From: a virus
Length of the DNA stretch: 64,000 nucleotides
IMG/VR virus record: IMGVR_UViG_3300034760_000025
Span: 9,300 to 73,299 of that record
Reading direction: 5' to 3' (one strand)
Shown: in pieces, positions 1 to 10,900 of the stretch
Numbering within the stretch: position 1 is the first letter of the stretch
Layout of the letters: every line of letters begins with the position of its first letter
Position numbers and translations under genes: made by a program
Notes under the pieces: generated by a model
What the model was told of the DNA's origin: nothing
The model's database searches: none
Seen by the model: the letters and a program-made list of their open reading frames with translations, nothing else

Positions 1-879
1 CCCGGCGACCCGCTCAACGACCGCCTCACCAGGTGGATGCACACCGCCGACCCCACCACCGCCACCCTGCCCGGCCCGTGGCTGCTCACCACCCACACCA
101 TCGAACAAGACCCGCGCGTACACGGACCCGGCAGCCGGACCGTCGTAATCAGCCACGCCCCGCCGCCGGCCGACCTGCTCGCCGACCTCGCCACCGCCGG
201 GCACCTCGTGTGCGCATTCACATTCGACACCTTGCCGGCCCGTCCCGCCGGCCCGCCCCGGTGCCTCATCCTCGCCGACGCCACCGGCCGGCACCCCGGC
301 GAGCACACCGACGCCATATACCGATGGGACAACCACGACACCCTCCCTTCCGCACCGCCCGCGCCACGCCGCCGCGGTGTCGTCGCCATCGGAGAGAGCG
401 ACCTGGCCCGCCTCGTACGCCCCGGCCCCGGGCAACGCATCATCGGACTCCGCTACGACGTGCTCCGCCTCGCCGTCCTCGTCCACCTCGAAGGCCCGGG
501 CCTCCCCGAAGTCCCCGAAGGCGGCGACCCGCCGCTGATCCGCACCAGCTACGCCCCACCGCCGACGTTCGACCGCGTCGACGTCACCAACCTCCCACCC
601 CAGCAGCAGCACGACACCGTCCTCGCCCAGCTCGCCGACGCCCTCGAACACACCGCCCCCGCCGCGACCCTCCTCACCTCCGACATCAGCGTCCCGGCAC
701 ACGCCACCTGGACCGGCGCCGACAGCCTCATCCGCCGCCACCACCCCGGCGAACCCTGGTACGGCCGCCTCGAGTGCGCGCACTGCGGCCCGCCGGCCGA
801 CGGACCCGTGTTCTGGCCCTGCCCCGACTACGTCGACATCGCCACCGGCGTCGTCACCGGCCTACAGGCAGCCCAATGA
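1..879 (+). CDS. Hypothetical protein with C-terminal H-x-P...CxxC...WPC motif; probably 5'-truncated (first ATG at 37)
   Basis: Frame is open from base 1; ends ...LECAHCG...WPCPDYVDIA; stop overlaps the next ATG (ATGA). Confidence 0.7.
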   Translation, partial: PGDPLNDRLTRWMHTADPTTATLPGPWLLTTHTIEQDPRVHGPGSRTVVISHAPPPADLLADLATAGHLVCAFTFDTLPARPAGPPRCLILADATGRHPGEHTDAIYRWDNHDTLPSAPPAPRRRGVVAIGESDLARLVRPGPGQRIIGLRYDVLRLAVLVHLEGPGLPEVPEGGDPPLIRTSYAPPPTFDRVDVTNLPPQQQHDTVLAQLADALEHTAPAATLLTSDISVPAHATWTGADSLIRRHHPGEPWYGRLECAHCGPPADGPVFWPCPDYVDIATGVVTGLQAAQ

Positions 880-1181
880 CCACCCCCGGCCGACCCGACG
901 TCACCGGCCTGCCACCCGCCCAGCAGCACACCGCCGTCCTCGCCAGCCTCAACGCCCTCGACCAGGCCGTCGCCGACCTCTCCGAAGCCATCACCCAGGA
1001 CCAGGCGGCAACCGCCCTGCCAGTCGCCCCGGGCCGGCGCCGCATCGTCGAACGCCACGCCCCGCTCAGCGACCAGACCGACCCGATATGCGCCAGCCCC
1101 ACCAGCATCGGCGAACGGTGGCCATGCCCCGACTACCTTGACGCCGCCGACGGCCTCGTAGACGGACTGGAGACACCATGA
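876..1181 (+). CDS. Small WPC-motif paralogue
   Basis: ATG 876 overlaps the upstream TGA; DVTGLPPAQQH...RIVERHAP...WPCPDYLDAA. Confidence 0.75.
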   Translation: MTTPGRPDVTGLPPAQQHTAVLASLNALDQAVADLSEAITQDQAATALPVAPGRRRIVERHAPLSDQTDPICASPTSIGERWPCPDYLDAADGLVDGLETP

Positions 1182-1540
1182 ACCCGCCCCCCACCCTGCG
1201 CGTAGACGTCACCGGCCTCACCCCGGCCGACGCGCACGCGGCAATCCTCGCCAACCTCGACGACATCGCCGCCGGGCCAACCCCGGCGACCGGAGGCGAC
1301 ATCGCGGCCGCAATGGCCGCCCTGTTCGCCGGCGTCCGCCGCATCATCGAACGCCACGCACCCACGATGACCGAAGCCCTACCCTGGCGCCCCTCCACGC
1401 CCCAATGCGAAACATGCGCCGCCCTCTGCCACTCCAGTAGCGGAATCCTGTGCGAGCAGCCCGTCGACGGCCCGTGGCCCTGCGCCGACTACCTCGACGC
1501 CGCCGCGATGCTCGCCACCGGGCTACCGACGGGAGTCTGA
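1178..1540 (+). CDS. Small WPC-motif paralogue
   Basis: ATGA overlap; DVTGLTPADAH...RIIERHAP...CETC...WPCADYLDAA. Confidence 0.8.
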   Translation: MNPPPTLRVDVTGLTPADAHAAILANLDDIAAGPTPATGGDIAAAMAALFAGVRRIIERHAPTMTEALPWRPSTPQCETCAALCHSSSGILCEQPVDGPWPCADYLDAAAMLATGLPTGV

Positions 1541-1542
1541 AC

Positions 1543-1788
1543 ATGGAACCCCGCTACTACGTGCACCGCGACGTCCTGGCCGCCCTCGACCGGCTCGGCG
1601 CACTGCCGGCCGACACGACAGCCGGCCGCCGGCGCATCCTCGAGCGGCACACCCCCGCCGGGACCGCCACCATCACGTACTGCGTGCACTGCCACCCGCG
1701 CCGGCCGACCGGGGCCGACCCGGTCATGTGGCCGTGCCACGAGTACGTCGACGCCGCCGCTGACCTACTGCCGACCGACCCCTCATGA
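1543..1788 (+). CDS. Small WPC-motif paralogue
   Basis: ATG 1543; RILERHTP...CVHC...WPCHEYVDAA. Confidence 0.75.
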   Translation: MEPRYYVHRDVLAALDRLGALPADTTAGRRRILERHTPAGTATITYCVHCHPRRPTGADPVMWPCHEYVDAAADLLPTDPS

Positions 1789-2150
1789 CCAAACGCGGAT
1801 ACCTCACCACCGACCCGGCCGGCGCCGCAGCGGTGCCACCGCCGGCCGTCGCGGTCCCACCGCCCCCACCACCGGCCGGCGGCATCCCACCCGTCGCCGC
1901 ACACCCACCCGACCCCGACGAACAGCTATCGAAGTACATCCGACAAGCCGTCGAACGCGCCGCAGACGAGTGCGACCACACCGACCCCGCCGGGCCCATC
2001 TACCCCACCACCAGGGCCTGCTCTACGTGCACCACCACCGCCGTACTCAACCTGTTCCACACCGCCGACGCCCTCGACGCATGGCGCCGCCGCTACGTCC
2101 CACCCACCGTCGGCAAGTGGGAATACCCCGGCCCGGCCTTCGTCAGCTAG
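1785..2150 (+). CDS. Hypothetical Pro-rich protein
   Basis: ATGA overlap with the previous gene; GC3-rich codons. Confidence 0.65.
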   Translation: MTKRGYLTTDPAGAAAVPPPAVAVPPPPPPAGGIPPVAAHPPDPDEQLSKYIRQAVERAADECDHTDPAGPIYPTTRACSTCTTTAVLNLFHTADALDAWRRRYVPPTVGKWEYPGPAFVS

Positions 2151-2195
2151 CCCACCCCATGCCACTAGTGCCACCAGTGCCACCGGAGGGACCCC

Positions 2196-2615
2196 ATGAG
2201 TGCCAGCACGCCTACGAGTGCCGCCAGTGCCGCAGCGCGCCCGGACCCTGGAACCCCCCGAGTGGCTCACTCAGTGGCTCACTCGACGCCCGGGCCGGCC
2301 GGTTACCCGGACGTCAACCCGATCCCCGCTGACGCCCGGGCCGCGCTCGCCGCCGAGTGCACGGAGTTCGCCATCAGCCGGGCCGCGGTCGAGGCGCCGT
2401 CGGGGCCGGCGCTGACGTACGCCGGGCTGGTCGACGCCCTCGACCGGGTCCGGGCGGCGCGGGAACCCCAGGGCCCGCCGGGCGGCCTCCCCCGGTACCT
2501 GATGGTGACCGACCTGGCCCGTGTCGGCGTCGGGGACCTGGTCGACATGTACGAGTGGGTCGACGGCGCGTACCGGCGTATGCGGGGGGAGCCCTACCGT
2601 GTCGTCGAAGGCTGA
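2196..2615 (+). CDS. Hypothetical protein
   Basis: GGAGG upstream of ATG 2196; C-terminal half looks coding. Confidence 0.55.
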   Translation: MSASTPTSAASAAARPDPGTPRVAHSVAHSTPGPAGYPDVNPIPADARAALAAECTEFAISRAAVEAPSGPALTYAGLVDALDRVRAAREPQGPPGGLPRYLMVTDLARVGVGDLVDMYEWVDGAYRRMRGEPYRVVEG

Positions 2616-3396
2616 ACGCCCGGAGGACTTCCCCCAGCACAAGTGTGGGCGTTGGGGCGGCCGGAACAAGGCTGGGGCGTTGTGCGGGCAGAACGTGATC
2701 GAGGGGACGAAGCGGTGCCGGAACCACGCGGGTAAGGCGACCGAGGTGGCCCGGGCCGAGGGGGCGATCCGGATCGAGGCGTCGCGGTGGAGCCTCGACT
2801 CGCACGACGGCACCGACATCGACCCGAAGGTCGAAATCCTCCGCATGATCACCTTCTGGAAATGCCGGGCGAACATGTACGGCGGGCTACTCGGGCAGGC
2901 GTACGACGCGGCGGAGCGGCTGCAACGCACCGTCCAGGCCGAGAGCATCGTCGAGCTGACCCTCGCCGAGCCTGAATGCGAAATCCGCGACGACAAGGGC
3001 ACCGTGCTGCACGAACACCCGGCGCTGCAGACCGCCCGGCAGGACCTGCAACGGGTATTCGCGATGGGCGGGGTGACCGCCCTGGTCGGCCACAAGTACG
3101 ACGTCGACCGCGACGGGCGGATCTTCGCCGTCGACGAGGGCATCCGCGCGCTCGTCACCCTCGAAGAGCGGGCCCACGACATGCTCGGGAAGATGTGCAA
3201 GCTGGCGATCAGCGCGAAGGTCGCCGAGTCGCGTATCCAGCTCGCCGAGACAACCGGGTTCATGATCCAGGCGGTGATCGTGGGGGTGCTCCGCGACTCC
3301 GGCGTCACCGTCAACGAGGCCCGGGTGCACGACCTGATCGTCCACCACATCGACCAGGTCGTCGGCGGCGGCGGGCCGTTGGGTATCGCGGCCTGA
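2599..3396 (+). CDS. terS: Probable terminase small subunit
   Basis: GTG 2599; N-terminal CGRWGGRNKAGALC...RCRNHAG resembles the HGG-type motif of actinophage small terminases; helical C-terminus; lies upstream of TerL. Confidence 0.6.
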   Translation: MSSKAERPEDFPQHKCGRWGGRNKAGALCGQNVIEGTKRCRNHAGKATEVARAEGAIRIEASRWSLDSHDGTDIDPKVEILRMITFWKCRANMYGGLLGQAYDAAERLQRTVQAESIVELTLAEPECEIRDDKGTVLHEHPALQTARQDLQRVFAMGGVTALVGHKYDVDRDGRIFAVDEGIRALVTLEERAHDMLGKMCKLAISAKVAESRIQLAETTGFMIQAVIVGVLRDSGVTVNEARVHDLIVHHIDQVVGGGGPLGIAA

Positions 3397-3414
3397 TGAC
3401 CGGAGGTGCGCAGC

Positions 3415-3660
3415 ATGGCGAACGTCGCCCAGATCGACCACGGCCCCGGCGGTGAAGAACGCAACATCGTCGACCGGGACATTTGCGCCCTCACGACCGG
3501 CTACTCGGCGGAGACGATCCGGAAACGGTGCCGGCCCTGCGACTACGACCCGGACACCGGTCGGGCGTTGTACGACCGCGACGCTGTCCTCGTGCAACTC
3601 CGGGCCGCCGGGGTCCAACCACGCCCCGACACCCGCCGGCCACGCCGGCGTGGTGCTTGA
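3415..3660 (+). CDS. Small putative DNA-binding (HTH-like) protein
   Basis: GGAGG RBS; ALTTGYSAETIRKR...GRALYD pattern. Confidence 0.55.
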   Translation: MANVAQIDHGPGGEERNIVDRDICALTTGYSAETIRKRCRPCDYDPDTGRALYDRDAVLVQLRAAGVQPRPDTRRPRRRGA

Positions 3661-3685
3661 CAAACCCCCGTACCACCCCCAACCT
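3657..3685 (+). promoter_or_regulatory. Candidate late promoter
   Basis: TTGACA at 3657-3662, 17 bp spacer, CAACCT at 3680-3685, upstream of the packaging genes; -10 box is imperfect. Confidence 0.4.
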
Positions 3686-3927
3686 GTCAGTGTTGCGCTC
3701 AGTGGCCCACCGGCCCCGGGGCGCTTCCTGCGTATGCGGGAGGCGGCCCACGCTGCGCTTCTGACTCCTGACGCGACGGCCGGTACGCCTGCCGTCGCTC
3801 ACCGCCCCGCGCGGGGCCCCGCCGGTTCCACCGTGCCGGCCGGGCCCACCACCACGCGCCGGGGCCTCCCCGCGCGCAGCGCCGACCCGGACGTCGAGCA
3901 CCCGGGCCGGCGCTGCGCGCGTACCCC

Positions 3928-4059
3928 ATGAGCGAGCGCCTGCCGCGACAGCGGGCGGCCGGAGCGCCGAGCCCGTCCGCGCGGGGTCGGCACCGTCCGC
4001 GCGGGGCCACAACCCCGCCAGGCGCGCCCATGAACAACCGGCACGGGGGCGGCCCATGA
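3928..4059 (+). CDS. Possible 43-aa ORF coupled to the TerL start
   Basis: ATG 3928; its TGA overlaps ATG 4056 (ATGA). Confidence 0.3.
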   Translation: MSERLPRQRAAGAPSPSARGRHRPRGATTPPGAPMNNRHGGGP

Positions 4060-5553
4060 GCCTCATCGACATGGCCGCGGCGTGGCGCACCACCCGCGCG
4101 CAGTTCGCCCCCCGTGCCGGCCTGGCCCACACCCGGCGCGATGGCGATGGAACTCGACCTGACCACCGTGCAGACCCCGGCCCTGGAGCTGATCGACGCG
4201 GACCTCGCCGACGTCGCCGCCGGCCGCTGCAACCGCCTGATGATTTCCCTCGCACCGCAAGAGGGCAAAAGTGAGCGAACGTCGCGTCGGTTTCCGACGT
4301 GGATGCTGCACCGCAACCCGTCCCTGCGGATCGCGATCGTGTCCTACTCCCACAGCATGGCCCGCCGGTGGGGCCGGGAGATCCGCAACGACATCGTCGC
4401 GCACGCCCACCGGCTGAACATTGACGTCGACCCCGAAGCGGCGGTCGACGACTGGAAATTGAATGGGCACCGCGGCGGGGTCTACTGTACTGGAATCGGG
4501 GGTCCGCTCACTGGGCGTGCTGTCGATCTATTGATTATCGACGATCCCTATAAGGATTCAAAGCAATGCGATTCGTTCGCCTGGCGGGAGCGGGTTGAGG
4601 AATGGTGGACGAAAGTCGCCATTCCCCGACTCGGTAACCAGGTCGCCGCGGTCATCATCCAAACCCGGTGGCGTGACGACGACCTCACCGGGTGGCTACA
4701 GGAACGCGACAAGGCCGACGGCGTCAAACGGTGGCGGGTCATCAACATCCCCGCCCAGGCCGACCACGACCCAGCGAAAGGGCAGACGGACCCGCTGGGC
4801 CGCGAACCCGGCGAGTACCTCCTGTCAGCGCGCGGGCGGACCGTCGCCGACTGGGACGAACGCAAGCGGGAAGCCGGCTCACGGTCATGGCTGGCCCTGT
4901 TCCAAGGCCGCCCCTCCCCCGCCGGCGGGAACATCTTCAACGAAGAATGGTGGCAGTTCTACGAGGGCCCGCAGTGGTCGGTACGCGCCGACGGGGCGCA
5001 CATCCCGATCGGTTTCGACCAGGTCCTGATCTCCGTCGACTGCTCCTTCAAGGACACCGACAGCGCTGACTACGTCTGCCTGCAGGTCTGGGGCCGGCGA
5101 GGCGCCCAGGCGTACCTACTCGACCAGGTCCACGACCGCATGTCGTTCACGGCCACCCTGACCCGGTTCCGGGCCCTGTGCGGGAAGTGGCCCACCGTCA
5201 TCCTCAAGCTTGTCGAGGACAAGGCCAACGGCACCGCCGTGATCAACATGCTGCACCGGGAGATCGGCGGGATCGTCCCCGTCGAACCCGAAGGCGGGAA
5301 GGTCGAACGCGCCGCCGCCGTCAGCCCGTTCGTCGAGGCCGGCAACGTGTTCCTGCCCAACCCGAAACACGCCCCGTGGGTCGGCGCCCTCATCGAAGAG
5401 GCCAAGGCCTTCCCCAAGGCCCCGAACGACGACCGGGTCGACACCTTCAGCCAAGCCCTGAACCGGCTACTGCTGAACCCGCTGATCCTCGACGACACGA
5501 TCATCGAAGACGACGAGGACGGCGAACCCGAGGGATCAATCAGCCTCTGGTGA
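4056..5553 (+). CDS. terL: Terminase large subunit with an apparent +1 frameshift in the C6 run at 4108-4113 (intact frame 4114-5553)
   Basis: Walker A-like ISLAPQEGKS, Walker B LLIIDDPYKD, C-terminal nuclease with SVDCSFKD and PNDDRVD. Confidence 0.92.
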
Positions 5554-5573
5554 CCGGGAAGGGGGCGGCCCCG

Positions 5574-5795
5574 ATGCCCGACCTGGCAAACCCCGCCCCC
5601 GACTGCCCGACCCGGCCCGTCGAGCACGTCGACGGGTACGCCGTGCACCACCACATCCCCGACGATAGGGCCCCCCACGCCCGAACGTCCGAGTGCTGCT
5701 GCGGCCCCGACCTGCGCCAGTCACCAACCGTGCTGATCTACACCCACCGCGACCTACGCGGCGACGTCGGGCACCCGGAGGTGAGCGGACCATGA
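5574..5795 (+). CDS. Small His/Cys-rich hypothetical protein
   Basis: ATG 5574; HHH...H...CCCGP; ATGA overlap with the portal start. Confidence 0.55.
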   Translation: MPDLANPAPDCPTRPVEHVDGYAVHHHIPDDRAPHARTSECCCGPDLRQSPTVLIYTHRDLRGDVGHPEVSGP

Positions 5796-7909
5796 CGACC
5801 CCCACGAAGCGCCGCCGCCGGGGCACCCCCGGGCCCGCCCCCGCCTCCACCGCGACCGTCGAGGCCGAGCTGCGCCGCGAGTTGACCGTCACCACGAACA
5901 ACCTGGAGCTGCTCGCCGACCGCCTCAACCGCGCCGCCGGCGGGGAACTGGCCGAAGCCGGCGTCGCTGACCTCGAACGGCAGGTCACCGGCGACCCCGG
6001 GTGGCGGGTGTTCGCCGTCGTCCAGGAACGCGAGTTCTCCCCCGAAGGCATGATCCAGATGCGGGCCGTGTGCCGGCTCATGGCCATCGCCAACCCGCTG
6101 ATGAAACGCGGTCTCGACCTACGCGCCGTGTACGTCCACGGGCAGGGCTACGAGATCCGGGCGCGGGCCACCGGCCGGGCACCCGCCGAAGGTCAGGACG
6201 AGGAACAGGACGTCAACGCGGTCATCGACGCGTTCATCCGCGACCCCGCGAACCAGCGCTCCGTGTTCGGCCAGCAGGCCGCCACCGAACAGGAAAGGGC
6301 CCTGGGCACCGACGGCGAGGTCTTCGTCGCCCTGTTCACCCGCCCCCGCTCCGGATGGGTCCAAGCCCGCACGGTCGCCGCCGACGAGATCACCGAGGTC
6401 ATCTGCAACCCCGACGACAAGTCGGAGCCCTGGTTCTACCGCCGGGTGTGGCAACGCCACACGTACGGCAGCAACGGCGTCGCCACGCCCGAACGGCAGG
6501 AGATGCTGTACCCCGACGTCGACTACCGGCCGAAGGTCCGCCCGAGCACCTTCGCCGGGATCCGCGTCGACTGGCACGCCCCTGTCGTTCACACCGCCGT
6601 GAACCGGCCGCTGGGCTGGCTACGGGGCATCCCCGACGCGTACGCGGCGATCAACTGGGCCAGGGCGTACACCCAATTCCTGGAGCAGTGGGCGACGCTG
6701 ATGAAGTCGCTGGCCCGCTTCGCGTGGAAACTCACCGCCGAAGGCCGCAACCGCACCCAGGCCCGCGCCGCGATCGCCGCGGCGAACGCCACCGCGGCCA
6801 ACCCCCGAACCGCCGCCGGGGAAACCACCGACATCGGCGGGACCGCTATCACCCCGATCGGGGCGAACCTCGAGGCGATCCCGAAGACCGGCGCGACGAT
6901 CGACGCCGAGTCGGGCCGCCCCCTGGGCATGATGGTCGCCGCCGCCCTGGGCGTCCCCGTGACCATGCTCCTCGCCGACCCCGGCCAGACCGGCGCCCGG
7001 GCCACCGCCGAAACCCTCGACTGGCCAACCGAACTGATCATGAAGGACCGGCGGGAGATCGTCGGCTCCGCCCGGCTGCGGATCTGCCGCTACGTCATCA
7101 CCGAAAGCGTCCGCGCGCCTAAGGGCCGCCTCAAAGGGACCATCACCCGCGACGAGCACACCGACCGGGAAGTCGTCACCCTCACCGGCGACACCGACGA
7201 CACCATCGAAATCATCTGGCCGGACCTCGACGACGTCGAAGCCAAGGAAATCATCGACGGTGTCGTCGCCGCGAACGCCACCGGTGTCCTGCCCCCAGAG
7301 CTGGTGCTCCGGCACCTACTCACCGCGCTGGGTGTCCGCGACGTCGAATCGATCGTCGAAGAGATGGAAGACGACGACGGTAACTTCCAATGGCCGCAGA
7401 CCGCGCAGTCCGTCGGCCAGCAGGCCGCCGGCCTCGCGGCCACCGGCGGGGACCCCGCCGCCGCCGGCACCGGCCTGATGGGCCCCGACGGCGAACCCGC
7501 CGACCCGCCCACCGCCGGCGCACCAGGGGTGCCCGGGCAGACCGGCACCGCCCTGATCCCCACAGACGGGCCCCTCGCCCGGATGGCCGACGCCGACTTC
7601 GGCCTGTTCGGCGGCGGGAACACCCCCAACCCCGCCGCAGCGACCGTAGCGGCCGGCGAACAACCCGACAACGGGTTCGACGCCGACTTCTACGCGGTCA
7701 GCACCGGCGACACCCAGGAGACCAACGTGCCCGACGACGAACCGGCCCGCCGGGCCGCACCGACCACCGAAGCCGCCGGCCGGCAAGCCGACGCCGACTA
7801 CGGCCTAGGCCCAAGCCACCGCGAACACCGGGGACGCGTCCCCATCAAGCCCGAACCCGCCGGGGAACAGCCCGCCGGGGAGTACGACCCGGAGTTCTTC
7901 ACCATCTGA
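5792..7909 (+). CDS. Portal protein with a long acidic C-terminal extension
   Basis: Follows TerL; ALGTDGEVF, GIPDAYAAINW, AALGVPVTMLLADPGQTGARATAETLD resemble actinophage portals. Confidence 0.85.
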   Translation: MTTPTKRRRRGTPGPAPASTATVEAELRRELTVTTNNLELLADRLNRAAGGELAEAGVADLERQVTGDPGWRVFAVVQEREFSPEGMIQMRAVCRLMAIANPLMKRGLDLRAVYVHGQGYEIRARATGRAPAEGQDEEQDVNAVIDAFIRDPANQRSVFGQQAATEQERALGTDGEVFVALFTRPRSGWVQARTVAADEITEVICNPDDKSEPWFYRRVWQRHTYGSNGVATPERQEMLYPDVDYRPKVRPSTFAGIRVDWHAPVVHTAVNRPLGWLRGIPDAYAAINWARAYTQFLEQWATLMKSLARFAWKLTAEGRNRTQARAAIAAANATAANPRTAAGETTDIGGTAITPIGANLEAIPKTGATIDAESGRPLGMMVAAALGVPVTMLLADPGQTGARATAETLDWPTELIMKDRREIVGSARLRICRYVITESVRAPKGRLKGTITRDEHTDREVVTLTGDTDDTIEIIWPDLDDVEAKEIIDGVVAANATGVLPPELVLRHLLTALGVRDVESIVEEMEDDDGNFQWPQTAQSVGQQAAGLAATGGDPAAAGTGLMGPDGEPADPPTAGAPGVPGQTGTALIPTDGPLARMADADFGLFGGGNTPNPAAATVAAGEQPDNGFDADFYAVSTGDTQETNVPDDEPARRAAPTTEAAGRQADADYGLGPSHREHRGRVPIKPEPAGEQPAGEYDPEFFTI

Positions 7910-7965
7910 CCCAGCGACCAGTAGCGCGCCGCTCGCCGCGGCCCGACAGCAGAGGGGCGGCAGTA

Positions 7966-10900
7966 GTGGCACGCACGACGAAGTGGAACCCCGCGCACCA
8001 CCCGAGAGACGCCCGCGGCCGGTTCACCAAATCAGCGACCAGGGTCCTCAAGGCCGTCGACGCGAAGCGGGCCCGTGCCGCCGTCCAGGGTTTCAAGCCC
8101 GTCGACCTCGGGGCTGGTGCCGGTGCCGGCCGGGAATGGCTCGACAAGCAGACTCCCGCGAAGGCCACCGCCGGCGACGCTGTGGCCCGGTACTTCGCCG
8201 GCGAGTGGAAGACCATCAACGGGGACCTGCGGACCAAGAAGGACGCCGCGCAGACCCCCGACGTCGTCGCGATCGACAAGGCGATGACCGGGCTGACCGA
8301 CGACGTGATGCTCGAACGGCGTATCCCCCTGCGGATGTTCGCGCACATCCCGATGGATCAGCTCAAGGGGATGAAGGTCCGCGACGCCGCGTACGCCTCC
8401 ACGATGCTGCAGGGCGCCGCCGGGGACGCCCCCGACGGCATGGTCACCCTGCACATCGCCGCGCCGGCCGGCACCCGCGCCATCGTCAACCCCGGCGATG
8501 GTGAGGTGCTGCTGGACCGGGACACCGAGGTTGCGATCAGCCGTGTGGAGCCCGACGGGCGCGGCGGGTACGACCTGTACGGTGTCGCCATCTCGAAGGC
8601 CGGCGCTGTGCGGGCCGGTCGTCCCGCCGGCGACCCCGCCGACCAGGAAGGCGCCGAAGACCCCGACGCCACCGCCGACCCAGCCCCCGCCCCCGCCCCG
8701 GCGGCGGACGCCGACGACACGGACCCCGCGATCGCCGGCACCCCGCCGCGCAAGGCCGCGCCCAAGAAGGCGGCCCCAGCCGCCCGCCCGGCCGACGAGC
8801 CCGCCCAGGACGGCCCCGACCCGGCGGCTGGCACCCGTGCACCCTCCGCGCCCCGCAAGGCCGCCCAGGACGGCCAGGATGCCCGGCAGGCCGGCGAGGA
8901 TGACGACCTGATCGGCGCGGCCGCCGCCGCGGCGGCGCTCGAGGACGCCGGCGAACCCGTGCCGATCGAAGCCGCTGTCGCTGACCTGCAGCCCGGGGCG
9001 TACGCCCGCGTCACCGGCACCGACCAGTACGGGGCCCCGGCCAGCGCAACCGGCTACGTCGGCGCCGCCACCCCCGTCACCGTCCGGAAGAACCGCCGCA
9101 GCAAAGCCAAAGGCACCGACAAGTTGGCGGTCTACATGACCGAGACACCCAACGGTGCCAACGGGTGGCGCTACCAGATCCTGACCGACCCCGACGCGAC
9201 CGCTGAGATCGTTCCCGACCCGGCGAGTGTCCCGCCGACCCCCGCCGACCGCACCCCACCGGCGACCGTCGCTGACCTGCAGCGCGGCGACTACGTGTCG
9301 GTACGCGACGTCGACGGTGTCGAGCGGACCGGCTGGATCACCACCCCCGGCGACGTCCGCGACGGCAAGGTCGCTTTCGCCGTCACCGCGTACCCGGGCG
9401 GGAAGGGCTTCCGGGCGATGGTCTACGCCCGCCCCGATGACCCCGTCACCCCCCGCACCGTCGACCCGAACATGAACGTCGTGCTGTGGCGCGACGTCAA
9501 GACGAAGCGCCCGGCGCCGCGCGCCGACCAGCCCGAGATCGTCCGCGGGCAGGTGGAGCGGGACCCGCAGGCCGAGGCCGAGGTCCGCACCGCGCTGGCC
9601 GCCCTCGCCGCCGACCAGGGCCCGCCGACGCCGCTCGACGCCGACGAGCAACGCGCCGCGGTCGCCGGCCGCACGTTCGCCCGCACCGAAGGCATGACCG
9701 TCGCCGACGACGAGACCCGGTTCCGGATGCGTAAGGCCCGGGTCGGCGCCCGGATCGTCGACGTCCACAACGCCCAGGGTGTGAAGATCGGCACCGCGAC
9801 CCAGGGCCGCGACGGGTGGTCGCTCGTCGACGGCGACGGCAACGCCCAGGGCGACGCGCCCGCGTTCGCCAACGCGGTGGCGGTGCTCGACGACGTCGCC
9901 GCCAGCCCCGACACGCCCGACGACCGCGGCGGCGAGGTGTCGCCGCTGGGCGAGGATCTCGACGCCCCGCCGCCGGCGGCCGACCCGTTCTCCGCGGCCG
10001 CGACCAGCCCGTCGCGTAACGACTGGTTCGGGCACGGGTCGCCCGACGAGGTCCTGTGGTTCGGCAACGGGTCCGCACCGGGCCCGGCCGGTACCCGCGC
10101 CACGGTCCGGCGTAACGGCGGCCGCGGGAAGAACGCCGGCCTTGTCGTAAGGTCCACCGGCCCCGACGGGGAAATCCTCGCCCGCATCGCCATGGACGAC
10201 CAGGTGTGGCTCGCTGACGTCCCCGGGGCGTCTCCCGCACCCGGCCGGCGCGCCGACGGGACGTTCGAACCCGACGGCACCCCCGCCGACCAGGGCGCCC
10301 AGGACGGGCCCACCCCGGCACCGAAGCAGCTCGACGCGATGATGACCGCGCTGGTGTTCGGCGACGCCCGCCTCGCCCCCGGCCGGCAGATGCGCGCCCA
10401 GATGCTGCGCATGGGCTGGGCCGACGCCACCGGGAAACTCACCCCCGACGGGCACGCAGCCGCCCGGCGCACCGACCCGGCCCGGTACCGCGACCGGACC
10501 GCCGGCGGTGACGACCGTGGCCTACTGGACACCCCCGTCCGCCCGGCGGCGCCGACGGCTGGCACCCGTCCGCCCGCCGCCGGCGCCGCCGTGGCCGGCG
10601 ATGACCAGGACGGCATGACCGTCGTGCGGACCAAGTCCGGGTGGGCCGTCTCCGGCCGGCAGCCGTACTACCTGCACGACGCGAAGAGCAAAAAGGCCGC
10701 TCAGCAGTGGATCGACGACGCGATGGCGACCCGGCGGAAGTTGGCCGACGCGAAGCAGGCCAGCGCGGCCGCCGAACAGGCCCACCTCGACCGGCACGGC
10801 CTCGACCGCGTCGACGCCGGCGACCTCAAGCCCGCCGACGTCTACGTCTACCGGCTGGGCGGGCACACCCGCACCGTCACCCAGGTCGACACCCTGGACA

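Noticed and set aside
33-875. 5' part of track ORF 33-1181
   Set aside because: Arg/His/Pro-rich off-frame reading over the real gene 1-879; only 876-1181 looks coding
7390-7965. Track start of the 2,393-aa ORF at 7390
   Set aside because: It overlaps the portal C-terminus and reads as Arg/Pro-rich off-frame sequence; GTG 7966 has a purine-rich upstream tract and begins the recognisable motif
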